From the human T2T-CHM13v2.0 reference genome, Homo sapiens, in NCBI RefSeq assembly GCF_009914755.1, contig NC_060937.1: a DNA stretch of 64,000 bases; one strand, 5' to 3'. Positions 40,951 through 54,933 of this stretch are shown here, one piece after another; positions within the stretch are counted from its first letter, which is position 1; every line of letters begins with the position of its first letter. The notes beneath the pieces are model-generated. The model was not told the origin of the DNA, searched no databases, and worked only from the letters and a program-made list of their open reading frames with translations. Made by a program: the position numbers and the translations under genes.

Positions 40951-41304
40951 ATTCAACATGTTTAATGGCAAAAGGGAAAATGCTGAGAAGTTTGCCTCCA
41001 TTTGGTTATTTCACTTTGTTCCTTTTATACTTTCCTGTACATTCCAAATGGACTACAATGAGCACCTGTCACTGTGATCATCAAGAAATAAAATAAACAA
41101 TAAAATAAGTAAATGTCACTACAGGGGATTTTGGAGTTTCCCTATTTTCTAAAATGGACATTTAAAAGTTTTCAAATCAGAAAAATGTCTGTTAAGATTT
41201 CATTTTATTGTTGTTTTACATAAGAATAATCAGATATGAGGAAAATAAGTGTGAGTGAAAATCAGAATTTGAATGGGAACTGAAGGACCCCCAGAGCTTT
41301 TTTG

Positions 41305-41598
41305 AGTTTTCTTTTTTTTTTCTTTTTTGAGACAAAGTCTTGCTCGGTCACCCAGTGGCGCGATCTCGGCTCAATACCACCTCCGCCTCCCGGGTTCAAG
41401 CAATTCTCCTGTCTCAGCCTCCTGAGTAGCTGGGATTACAGGTGCCTGCCACCACACCCAGCTAATTTTTGTATTTTTAGTAGAAATGGGGTTTCTCCAT
41501 GTTGGCCAGGCTGGTCTCGAGCTCCTGACCTCAGGTGATCCACCCTCCTCAGCCTCCCAAAGTGCTGGGCTTACAGGCGTGAGCCACCGTGCCCGGCC
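41305..41598 (-). mobile_element. AluS
   Basis: Reverse Alu consensus. Confidence 0.93.
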
Positions 41599-42039
41599 TT
41601 GAGTTCTTATTATTACAAGATGACTCAGATTTGGGCTGGAGAGCATTTTAAAACATTAAAACATCTTCTGCCTAACAAATGCATTAATCCTTTCTTGAGG
41701 ATTAAGAAAGAATTAATCCCTCCAAGGATGGGCAGCCCCACAGAGGGTGGCTTGGAAAATACTTGGCTTCGTGCATCTGCAGACTTACTGTTTTCTTTGA
41801 CCCTTTGCGTCTACATCTGGGAATTTATCCTAAAGAAATTCTGTAATCCAGAATATCAAAAAAGCCTCATTGGCAAATACTACTTTATTCACAGTTGCAT
41901 CATGTAAATTACAGAGGTATGGCTAAGTCAATCGGGAGACATTTACTTGATGGAATATTAGACAGCCACTAAAACTGGTGCTTCTGAAGGTGATAAGAAA
42001 GTGCTTTTCCTATAAAGTCAAGTTCTGATGCATACCAAG

Positions 42040-42280
42040 CTGCAAATGCGAGTCTGGAGCTGAACTGCCTGGCTCTCCTGCTTCTTAGGCTTCTTAGCTA
42101 AGTAACCTTGAGCAAGATCCTAACATCCCTGTGCCTCAGTCTTATTATCTGTGAAATGGGGGTAATAATACTACCTACCTCCTAAGGTTTCTTTTGAGCC
42201 TGAAATGAGTTAATACATACAAAGCACAGTGGCCTGGCACACTGTAGGCACTGGACAAGTGTTGGTTCCTATAATTATTA
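42040..42280 (+). mobile_element. MIR, near full length
   Basis: tctggagctgaactgcctgg...gtgcctcagtcttattatctgtgaaatgggggtaataatactacctacctc...aatgagttaatac. Confidence 0.85.
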
Positions 42281-42453
42281 TCTGTGATTATAACCATGTT
42301 AAAAAGAAATCACAACACTGGAAAAAAAAAACAATAAAATGTTAGCAATTGTAGTGTTTGGGTGATAAGACTACTGGTGATTTTTATTTTTTCTTCTTTT
42401 TACATTTTTGTATTTCCAAATTTTTCACTAACTATACATCAATTTTTTTTAAT

Positions 42454-42712
42454 TGGGCATGATGGGTCACACCTGTAATCCCAGAGACTCAGGAGGCTGA
42501 ACCAGGAGGATTGCCTGAGGCCAAGAGTTCAAAACCAGCCTGGCAACGTAGCATGACCCCTCTATCTCTAAAAAATAAATAAATAAAGCTGGGCATGGTA
42601 GTGCTTGCTTGTAGTCCCAGCTACTCAGGAGACTGAGGTGGGAGGATCAGTTTGAGCTCAGGAGTTTGAGGCCAGCCTGGCCAGCATAGCAAGACTCCAT
42701 CTCAAAAACAAT
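42454..42712 (+). mobile_element. Tandem pair of FLAM-like (left-arm) Alu monomers
   Basis: Both halves run ...gagttc/gagtttgag..ccagcctgg..catagc and lack the right-arm gcagtgagccgagatc segment. Confidence 0.75.
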
Positions 42713-42929
42713 TAAAAAGACCCTGAATAGAGAGCCGCAGCACGTGGTTTCATATGATTTGAAACATCCAGGTGCCAAGACTTTGGGCATGGGCTTGCGA
42801 GGGACTCCTCCTGACTGCACCCCATGGGCACCTCTCATCCCGGGGAGGACGGTCAGGCTGTGCTGAGTGGTGAACAGCACTCGGATTGGCAAAAAAGTAA
42901 CCTGAGCTCCAGTCACCTGTTCCCTGCAG

Positions 42930-44320
42930 GTTCTTGGAAAGAGCTTTTTCCTTCTCTACAAGGAGGAATCTGATGCAACTGACATCCTCAATAGCTACAG
43001 AGAACTTGCAAAGGAGTAGAGAGAATGTTTGAGGTCCAGCCTTGGTGTAGAGAAGCGGCAGAAACAGAAATCCCAAAAGGTGTCATGCTTGGCTCCAGCT
43101 CTGTGCTCTCAGAACTCCCTTCCCTCTGGGCAGAGGCCCATCTGCTCTGTTTACACACCTGGACCTGGTGTGAAGGGAGGTTTGGAGGAGGGTAGCTCCC
43201 TGACCATTTGTGGAATCGTTCCTGCTTCCAAGCAGCATGCTACAGGCCAGCCTTCAAAGAAAGACCAGAAGCCAAGTGTACTCTGTCATCACTTAATAAT
43301 GCTTGAAGCTTTTCATATAACAAAAGGAATGAAGCAGCCCCGCCTCGCAGTGTGGAAGCCTGATCATTCTTCCATCAGCTCTGCACCAAAAAGCTTTTCC
43401 TGAGCTTTGAATATTAGATCTGACCAATATGGGTAACCAATGCCCTTAGGTAAGGTAAAATAGGAATAAAATAGCTGTTTGCAATGTTATTTCACCACAC
43501 AGTGTGGTAGGGAGGGAACTGATATGTTGCAATGCAAAGTAATCTAGTAGTACTGTTTGTAGAACAGACAAGTGTGTCCAATTTAAAGAATATCAACATC
43601 ATTTTTCTATATCATACTCTTGTGAGGTTGGATTTAACCACAGAGGCAGAAAGTTGGTCTACTTTGCTCGTTCCTGGCAACTAGCATGGTGCCTGCCCCT
43701 AATACATTTTCACTGAATGAATGAATCAGTGAGTTAATGAATAAATAAACAAATGGGAGGTGTTCTCCTTTATATTGTGTTAGAGGCTGAGGATATAGAA
43801 ATATGTAACTCAGAGTCCCATTCCACAAGCCCATGCTAGTGAGCCAACACAAACAAAAAACAACTCAAATTCAATGTGATTAATTCCTAAAATCATAGCA
43901 CTAACATTCAGTAGTCATGTCCAGCTCTTCCTTTATGTCAGGTACCTAGACATAGCGGAACAGAAAACCCTTCAAAAGTTCAGTCTAGTCTGGAAAACAA
44001 ACATGAAGCAAAGAAGGCACAACACCATATGGAAAAGCAAGACAGAAATATGTACAGGGCAGAGAGGCTGCACGGTGTCATTTAATCACGAAGACTCTGT
44101 TATTAGACTGCTCGAATACACAAAGCTGTGTTACCTTGGACATGTTACTTCACCTCTCTGGGCTTCAGTTGTCTCATTCTGTAAAATGGTGATATTACTG
44201 GAACTCATCTCATAGGGTTGTTAGTGAGTGAATGTTTGTAAAACAGGATAGTGCCCAGCACATACTAGTAACAAATGTAAAATACATGAAACAAATAAAT
44301 ATTTCCTGTGTCCTCTGAAC
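42930..44320 (+). other. Candidate distal terminal exon of CLYBL
   Basis: Acceptor cacctgttccctgcag|G. AATAAA at 44294-44299 followed by a T/GT-rich downstream element (ttcctgtgtcct). Confidence 0.45.
44075..44285 (+). mobile_element. MIR
   Basis: ctgtgttaccttggacatgttacttcacctctctgggcttcagttgtctcattctgtaaaatgg...ctcatagggttgtt. Confidence 0.8.
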
Positions 44321-44597
44321 TTTAAACTCTCATCAAGAACTCTCTGTTTGGCTTTGCCTTTGTAAATGACTGATTTTTCTCCTGTGATAGGACTCATGAC
44401 CCAACACCACTCCAGTGCTGTGGACTCAGGTTAATAAGAGAAGGAACAGTTAGATTGCTATCTGTTTGTGGAAAATAATGAGTATTTGTCAGAAGAAGAA
44501 AACTGTCAATGCTGAAAAATACCTATACATGGATTGTAAATACATTCTAAACAACTGCTACTCCCCTCTGGGTCAAGAGCAGACATTGCTAATTACC

Positions 44598-44813
44598 CTC
44601 AGTATCCTTTCCAACTGCATCTAGATTCAGGCTCAGTATCCTTTCCAACTGCATCTAGATTCAGGCTCAGAATCCTTTCCAACTATGTCTAGATTCAGGC
44701 TCAGAATCCTTTCCAACTATGTCTAGATTCAGGCTCAGAATCCTTTCCAACTATGTCTAGATTCAGGCTCAGTATCCTCTCTAACTGTGTCTAGATTCAG
44801 ACTCAGAATCCTT
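44598..44813. repeat. 34-bp minisatellite, ~6.3 copies
   Basis: Unit ctcag[t/a]atcctttccaact[gca/atg]tctagattcagg starting at 44598, 44632, 44666, 44700, 44734, 44768 and 44802. Confidence 0.95.
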
Positions 44814-45129
44814 TTACAAACAGGGTCCCAAGTAGTGACTACTAATCAGGACTTGCTGGTGTCTCTGAACTAAACCTTATCTGTATGTTCAGCCTCAGGG
44901 TTGTTTTCTTCATCGGACACACTGGGCTGCCTTCCAAGCTCCCTGCTGCCAGGAGCCACGTTGCAACTGCCTATCTCCCATGACTGATGCCCAGCTTCCC
45001 AAATGCCCTTCTGGGCCCCACTCCCGAGAGAACAGCAATAGAGTAGGTTCTACCTTTAGGGAGAAGAGCAATAGAGTAGGTTCTACCTGGTCTTTCCTTA
45101 CAGATTCTTCAGTTTGCAGAAGAAAGAGC

Positions 45130-45290
45130 ATAGGCTTTGAGTACAGTCCTGCAGCCACTATCTAACTCTGTGACCTTAGCCAAGCAAGCTGCTTAACCTT
45201 TCTGAGCCTCAGATTCCTCCTGGGTAAATAAGACCTCCCTGTGGGGATTGCTGCAAGGATTAAGTGCAATAATGTTTGTACACGGACCAG
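45130..45290 (+). mobile_element. MIR fragment
   Basis: ctgtgaccttagccaagcaagctgcttaacctttctgagcctcagattcctc...aggattaagtg. Confidence 0.7.
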
Positions 45291-45537
45291 CTGGGATGGG
45301 CTCTCCAGAAATGGTAGAGCCATGATCAATAATCCAGCCTGGCTTCCCACCAGTCAGGAACAAGGCCCTCAAGACTTCCTCCCTGGGGTCCCGGCATAAA
45401 CAGGAGCCATGGCCAAGAGAGGGCTGGATGCTCCTGGTGAAGCCACTCTTGCCCACAACTCACACACAGCATTGGCTGTAGATAAAGCCAGATCATAGGG
45501 GCTCAGACGGTTGGGAAGCAGTGAAAGCTGGTGGGGC

Positions 45538-45623
45538 TGGGAAGGGAGGGAACCTTGGGCGGGAGGGAGGGAACCTTGGGCGGGAGGGAGGGAACCTGGG
45601 GTGGGGAGGGAGGGAACCTTAGG
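45538..45623 (+). repeat. 21-bp G-rich minisatellite, ~4 copies
   Basis: gggagggagggaaccttgggc repeated. Confidence 0.9.
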
Positions 45624-45891
45624 AAATGATGGGAGTGGGCATTGGAGTGGGCATTTTCCTCCCATAAGTGGAGAGGGTGCCCTCTGGCATGGACTAGGGG
45701 CAAGATGAGGTGGACAGTGTCTCTCCACTGGCCTTCTCCAGCTCTTCTAATGCAGGGCCCATTTACCTGAGATGCTTTATTCTGGAGCCACTCTCATTAC
45801 CTCCTCCCAGCTGGCCCTCTGTGTGGACAACTCAGTAATAAGTTCCTGTCCCCCCTCCAACTGGAAAGTTGTTCCTGAGAAGCTTTGACTT

Positions 45892-46382
45892 GGCCTCCTC
45901 CCTCGGACTCTGCCTCTGACTACTAATTCAGCCTCCTCCCTCTGACTCTGTCTCCAACCTCTAATTCAATCTCCTCCCTCTGACTCTGTCTCCGACCTCT
46001 AATCAGCCTCCTCCCTCTGATTCTGCCTCCAACCTCTAATTCAGTCTCCTCCCTCTGACTCTGCCTTTGACCTCTGACTCTCTCTCCAACCTCTAATTTA
46101 GTCTCCTCCCTCTGACTCTACCTGTGACTTCTGACTCTGTCTCTGACCTCTAATTCAGCCTCCTCCCTCTGACTCTGTCTCTGACCTTCAATTCAGCCTC
46201 CTCCCTCTGGCTCTGTCTCCTCTCTCTGACTCCACCTCCTCCTTCCAACTTGTTTCTCCCCTCTGACTCTTTCTCCTCCCTGTTTCTCCCTCTGATTCAG
46301 CCTCCTCCCTCTGATTCTGCCTCTTCCCTAGAACTTGCCTCCTCCCTCTGACTCTGCCTCCCTCTGACCTCTCACTCTGTCT
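45892..46382. repeat. Degenerate CT-rich minisatellite (~38-bp unit)
   Basis: ctctaattcagcctcctccctctgactctgtctccaac recurs ~8-12 times with ~18-bp subunits. Confidence 0.9.
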
Positions 46383-47524
46383 TGGCCTGCTGTCACCAGG
46401 TGTATGCCTACTCTCCCCCACCACCACATCCTCTTGCTCCCTGTTCCAGAGGAATTGGCCCTGCACTCTTCAAACCCAGGCAATGCTCAAGCACAGCGCT
46501 GGCATCTCTCGGTCATCCTGGGGACGGTCATCCCCGGGACGGTCATCCCCAGGACAGCCGCGAGAGCCTCCTCTCCTCCCCACGTGAGCTGGTGTAGGAT
46601 TGACTCTTATCTGTCGGTCAAGAGTCGCTGAGGCAAACATCACACCCAGCCACTCTTCCTCGGCCCAGCCTGCCATTCAACAACTGCAGCCCAGCGCCCT
46701 ACGTGTAAAAGGCGCTGTCAACATTTCCATTATAGGGTTCTCTTCCGAGAGTTTACAAGCCAACTGGGAAAACAAAATGAGCCCAGGTGGAAAGTTTGCC
46801 TTACAAGGGAGCAAATCTATGCAAAAAAGAGCACGGTGCAGCTGCGTTCTTGGAGACCAGGAGACTCTGCATTGAAATCTCAGCCAATTTAATGTCTACA
46901 TTAAAAACGGATTTGTGTGAAATGCAGCCGCTTCTTTTAATTGCTCCAAATAAATATCCTGGGTAATTTTAAGAAAGGCTTCTGCGGTGGCTTCCCAGCA
47001 ATGCAAGCCATCTCTTACCAGGAAGTGCTTTGGGGTATTGTCTGCTGAGAAAGGTGTTACATAAATTGAAACTCCTTTTGCTCAGAGCTGAGTCCTGAAA
47101 GTTCATGCAGTGAGAAACATTTCTCACCGTGCACAAACTGTGAATTGTATATCAAATTAAACTTTCTGATTAAAATCTGCATTGTCGGACCTCCTGCTGG
47201 TTGCCACCATTTTGCTGAAATAAGATACTATTTGGGGTAATGGCAGCCAGGGAAAGCTGTTATCATTGATTGTAAACTGGCTTCACTCCCTCCACTTGAA
47301 AATCTGGTGGGCTTCATTGTGCAAACATTGCATCTTCCATACAAATATTACAGAGCAAAGCTCCGCTACTGATCCATCAGCTGGAGTAAGCAGGTTTATA
47401 GTCTGACCCCAACAGCTCTTACGTCTCCTACACCCCAACACTGGGCTGCAGGAGGATCCTGCAAGGTGGGAGACCCAGCAGGAGAATTCAAGAAGCATAT
47501 ATCAAAGTCTGCTGGTTTTTAATT

Positions 47525-47727
47525 TAAAAAAAAAAAAAATACAGGGTCTCACTCTGTCGCCCAGACTGGAGTACGCCACTATGCCTGGCTAATTTTTTGT
47601 ATTTTTACAGAGACAGGGTCTTGCTATGTTGCTCAGGCTGCTCTGCAACTCCTGGACTCAAGCGTTCCTCCTGCCTTGGCCTCCCAAATTGCTGGGATTG
47701 CGGGCGTGAGCCACCATGCGCAGCCCA
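47525..47727 (-). mobile_element. Internally deleted AluJ
   Basis: The right arm jumps from agactggagta directly to cgccactatgcctggctaa. Confidence 0.8.
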
Positions 47728-47751
47728 GTTTTTAATTTTAAAAATATTTGT

Positions 47752-47892
47752 AGCTGAGCGAGGTGGCATGCACCTGTAGTTCCAGCTACTTTGGAGGCTG
47801 AGGCAGGAAGATTGCTTGAGCCCAGGAGTTTGAGTCCAGCCTGGGTAACATAGTAAGAACCCTGTCTTTATAAAAAATTAAATAAAATAAGA
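47752..47892 (+). mobile_element. FLAM_A-like monomer
   Basis: Single Alu monomer with A-rich tail. Confidence 0.8.
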
Positions 47893-49339
47893 TAAATATT
47901 TTTTCTTCACAAGGACATTATTATTTGAGAGAGGAAAGGAGATAAAGGAAAAAATGAGGCCTAGCAGGAGTTCAAATTCCCCAGGACCCCGGGCCCAGGA
48001 CACCCTCAGCAGCTCCTTAGAGGGACTCACTTGCCTTCCCCGCAAACCTTCACCCCTTCCCACCAACCTCCAAGCCCCAGCTCTGAGGCTTAGGCTTATG
48101 AAAGTCAACTGGGAACTCTGCACAGCATTACTGACAGAGGGGTCCAAGCTATTAGCTTCTTTTTACAGATACAGACTCTAAAACAAAAAAACAAAGAAGA
48201 TTATTTTTGGCCCAAGAGGCTGTCCAGCAGAACACCAGAGGCTGGCCTCCCATGGCTCAGTTCCCCAGCTTTCAGCTTTCAGTTGGAGCGCGCGCTCTCC
48301 AAAAGTCAGCATCAGCCAGGCTCGTGTAAATATTTGTTATTGCCATCTAACCGTTAGAATAGATTGTCCCTGTCTCTCATTTTGTAAATCATTTTGTTGC
48401 TCACGTAATGCAAAATAGCTTTGACTTACAAAGACAGACAGGAGTGGGAGAAGGAGAAAGATTTAGTAAAATGATCAGTCCGTAGCGTTGTAGCTCATAT
48501 TTTGGCAAATAAAATGAAGACAGCACAGACCAATTTCTAAAAGAACAACCCAGTCTGAATACAACGAACCTCACCAAATCCTTTTCTAGAAAACAGCACT
48601 AAAGGTTACAGGCAAAGCCCGTGCTAGAGTAGATGCCGCTTCCTCAGAGGGAGCAAGTGCTGGGGAAGGTGGCTTGTGGCCGGGTGCGTGGGCACTCAAA
48701 GCCCAGAAGTTCAAAGGCATCGCCCAGCTGGCAGGCACCTCAGCAAATGGGGGGAATCATACCCCCCCCCCCCACGGAGGGTGCAGGATGTCCTTCTGCA
48801 GCGTGTTTTCCCTAAAAGTCAACGCCGGACATTCATAGTCACTAGCCTAAGCTGGTTTCACCTGTAGGGAAAATACCAAGGAGGGAATCAGCAAGTGCCT
48901 GGTGGAGGTGCTGGCCCGACCCCCTGTGTACTGCCTTGCCTGCAAAATTATTATGCCTGCTTCTGTTTCAGTTGCATGAAGATTAAATAAAATAATTTAC
49001 AGATCCATGAATTAGCTATCTTTGAAAATTATTCTGCTGGCTTTCTTTCCTCACTCTAACCTTCTTTTACATCTCCTAGTCTTGCAGAGTTTCCACAACT
49101 ATAATCTGAACCTATGTTTCCTACGTGGTCATACAGTTTTTTAAAACAAAATCGGTTTTCCCATTTTCTCTTCTTACTTACCATCCATATACATACCCTC
49201 TAGTCAAAAACCAATAACAAAATCAATTGCAATATTCCATTCATTCATTCATTCAATAACTATACTTTGAATTTACTGGGAGCTAAGTGCTAGACCATTA
49301 TCCCCCTTTCACTCAAGAGTTCTGTCAGCCTGGGGATTA

Positions 49340-49876
<537 letters not shown>

Positions 49877-50199
49877 TCTTTACTGGCTTTTGAACTAGGA
49901 TTTGAAAAACCCAAGATAATCTACAAAAGAAACTTGCTGCTGAAGGTGCTTCCTTTTCCCAGCTTCACTCCCGTCCTGTGCCTCCCCACAGCCTCCTTCC
50001 AGGAAACCAGGGTAACCAGGTCCCCTCCCCAGCCCCACAGGGCTCAGGCACCCAAAGGATTTCCTCCCATGGCTCCATGGTCTCCACTAACCCTGACCAA
50101 AGATGGAGCGCTCTGCCTCCCTGTGTCTCTGCCCAAATTTGCCCACCTTTTTACTCCTAGCTGCCATCAGTTTCTATGAATAGTCATCAATTTTTTGTT

Positions 50200-50522
<323 letters not shown>

Positions 50523-52536
50523 TAAGAAAAATTATCAACAATTTCCACAGACTTGCCATAGTTTGTGGCAAGAAAATGTAATGCCTGCTCTCGTGTAGGG
50601 CATCAAAAGTCAATGACAGGATAGGCACATCAGAAGATGATACAAGATGTAATAACAGGCTGGCTGGGCTCACCACACCCTGCTCCCCCGGGTGCCTGGC
50701 AAACATGGCAAAGCCCAGACACGGGCCCAGAGGGGAGGAGCCGGGTGCCCCAGGCTAGGCCATGAGAAGTACATTTGAGGTTATTGGTGGGTTTCCCTAA
50801 GGAGAATGAAAATCCTGGTCTCCATCCTAGACACAGGTGGGTCCTCAGGCAGTAGCTGCCATTCTGAGGGTGGAGGGCTGGACTCAGTTCCCTGTGGGGG
50901 AAGAAATTCCCCCTCTCCATCATGCTCTCTGGGGCTGCCCTCCTGGCATGATGTTCTTGAGAGAGCTCCAAAGGGCCACAGTCTAAAATGGCCACTGCTA
51001 CCAGGTGTGAAGACCCCTGCAGTGGACAACCAGCGAATTCCCCTTCGCCATCCCTGTACTTTTAATAATGTCATAACTGCCAAGAGTTTCCCCCAAGGAC
51101 AAGGGCTATTTCCCTCCCACTCCCAGTCCCAGGGACATTCTCCTATTCAGCCAAACCTGAAGGATGGGACTATGGGTGGCCATCACCCAGCTCATTTCCC
51201 CAGCGGTTCCCTGCAGAGAATGGCCAGGTCTCACCCCCCCGATGAGCCTACTTCTCCATCACAAATCACAGAGGCCCCAGACTCATCAGGCAAATAGCCC
51301 TGGAGGTGTCACTTTCCTCCTCAGACAGGAAGAGTAGTTGGAATCCTGTCACTCACCCAAGAGAAGAAGGTCCAACGGGCAGAGGACACCAAGCTCATTC
51401 CCTTCCTCCCTCTTCATCCCCCAACCTCTCCATCTTTATCTTTCTCCCGATGGGGAGCACCTTCTACCTTCCTTCTACATCTCATCGCCTTCCTAAGTTC
51501 TAGTTCTTTCTTTTGGGTTGGCAGACACCAGAGGGCAACATAATCTCACCTACTTGCCAGTTCTCCCATTTCACCAGTAGAGGGAAGAGTTTGAGAGAAC
51601 CTACATCCACCAGGAGTATGTGGAAATTATTTTGAAATATGGAATTAGCCAGAGCAATAGAATAGCTCTCTCAAAGGCATCCCGTGCCAAAGCATTCTGT
51701 TCCCGTTGGTAAATAATCTGTTATAAAACTGGTTAAATGCATATTAACTCACCAGAGCAAGACACTGGCAAAATTTCCCCCCAGGCTGTATTTTGCAAAG
51801 AAAGCACTTTCACATGATGTCAGACCTGAGATTCAACTAACACAAGTCACATATTTTCTAAGGTAGTACTGACGCTCCATCCCTCGCCCACCATTTAGTC
51901 TTTTGAGATCTGGTTATTATTTTGGTTCACAAATAGTTGGTAAGGCGTTGAGCCCTGACTGTCTCGTTGTTTTCGATACATGTCATTTCAGCAATACGGG
52001 TGCTTCCAGGGGGCATATGGGCAAGTGAAGATGAGTGGCTTAGAACTGATTATGCACTGGGTGGCAGAGTCCTTGAGACAATAGGTACCCAGGCAGCCAC
52101 TGTCAATCTTGGAAGTCCGTGCAAGAGCACACCTCACCACACGCTCCCCATTCCGCCATGCATACCGAGAAAACTAGAGAAGGGTCCCTCCCGGGGAAAA
52201 ATGTTTGGAAGGAGGGATACAGAAATAAAACTTGTGCCATTGACTATTTACCAAATTATTATCCTGACCAAGTTAACATCAGGACCTTTAAAAAGTAGCC
52301 AACACGGAGCCGAGCGATCTGCTCAACCATTGCAATGTGCTCGATTGTTTGGATCTAATGACCTGACCTGGATATTTTCTGCTTGGTATCCCTAGCATTT
52401 GAACCACTTCCAAAGCCAGAGGTTTATGGAGCCTTTGAATGCCCTAAGAGTCTGTGATTCTCTCCTTCTTTAGATGGACTTTTTAAATCCTAGTTGCTGA
52501 ATTTATTCAAGTGAATTGGCCTTCATTTCTTCATCA

Positions 52537-52912
<376 letters not shown>

Positions 52913-53720
52913 AGAAGTAGATGAGCATTTTCATAAATCCCTTGAAACAGTGAGCACAATTGTATGTGTGTGTCACATTTGTGGGCTTTCTGGGGAGAAG
53001 GCCCATAACTTCCATCAGATTCTCAAAGGGCTCCACGACCCTGGCTTTTCACTATGTATTTCTGACGTTGACTAGACCAGAACTTCCCAGTCAGTGTGCA
53101 GGATGGGTTACAGGTGTGTGCCTGAGCTGCTGATCCCTACAGCCCTTGGGTCAGGAATGGCAGGGACTTCCAAGCTGGTCATCTCTTGCCAAGAGCCGCC
53201 CAGTTGCCATCAAATGTTATTTTCTCTGTGTGCCCCACTACAGTAAACTCCTCACTTCTAACCCCTCTGGCATCTTCGCTCTCTGTGTCTCTTCCTCATC
53301 TCCACGGCCTTCATCATCCAGCGGGAAGCTTGGCATCGGCCTGGCTGCCTCTAGTGTAATCTGCACTTGGTATACTTTGTCAAGAAAGGGCAGGGGTGTG
53401 GTGGTCTCCCCTTCCTAGAAGCACCGCTACCCTCATCTTGGGGATCTGCCTCACCTGCCATATAGTGGTACAAGAGACCAGCTCATTTCATCGCCTAAAT
53501 TACCCCTCTCACTCTAATCCCACATATCTGCCCGTTTTCTGTGGTAGCTATCCTTTGCCTATGTGTCTAGAAGAATCTCTATGCCAGTTCCCTACTTGGC
53601 TCCCAGCTTTGTTACAAATATTCCTCAGTGCACATTTATGCAGAGGCTTTTTCCAACTAAGACACTTAAATCTTACGCAGAATCCACGTAGAGCCAAATT
53701 CAAACACAAATATGACAAAC

Positions 53721-54184
<464 letters not shown>

Positions 54185-54623
54185 TCAGGTTACAGCATTC
54201 TACTCTCAGCAATTCCATAATTCTGGCAAGCTAAAAAGCATGTCACTCATTTAGAATTAATTTATGATTCAGATATGTATATGAATGACTTCAACAAAAT
54301 GTTGGCAACTGTCTCCTGCACTTCAACTGTCCATATCAAAGGCTCAATCACTGAATTCTTCAGTATTCTTCTAACCCACATCACAATTTTGTGAGAAAAA
54401 ACTGTCTTTCTTCATTTTTCCAGTAAACCAAGCTGATAGCCCAAAATGTCAAAGTCAGGTTTCTAAATAGCATCAAAACTTTCTTCCTTCCTTCCTGTCT
54501 GAACAACCTGATCCTAGACACAGCCCTGACCCCTCACTTTCTAGTCAATACTTCCTTTCAAAAATATCTCACTTCCAAGAGAACGAGGTTGCTGCTCAGC
54601 CATGAGGAACTATAAGCGCATGT

Positions 54624-54933
<310 letters not shown>

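Noticed and set aside
44598-44813. CRISPR-like array (34-bp repeats with dyad symmetry)
   Set aside because: Units are head-to-tail with no unique spacers, there are no cas genes, and the context is primate. It is a minisatellite.
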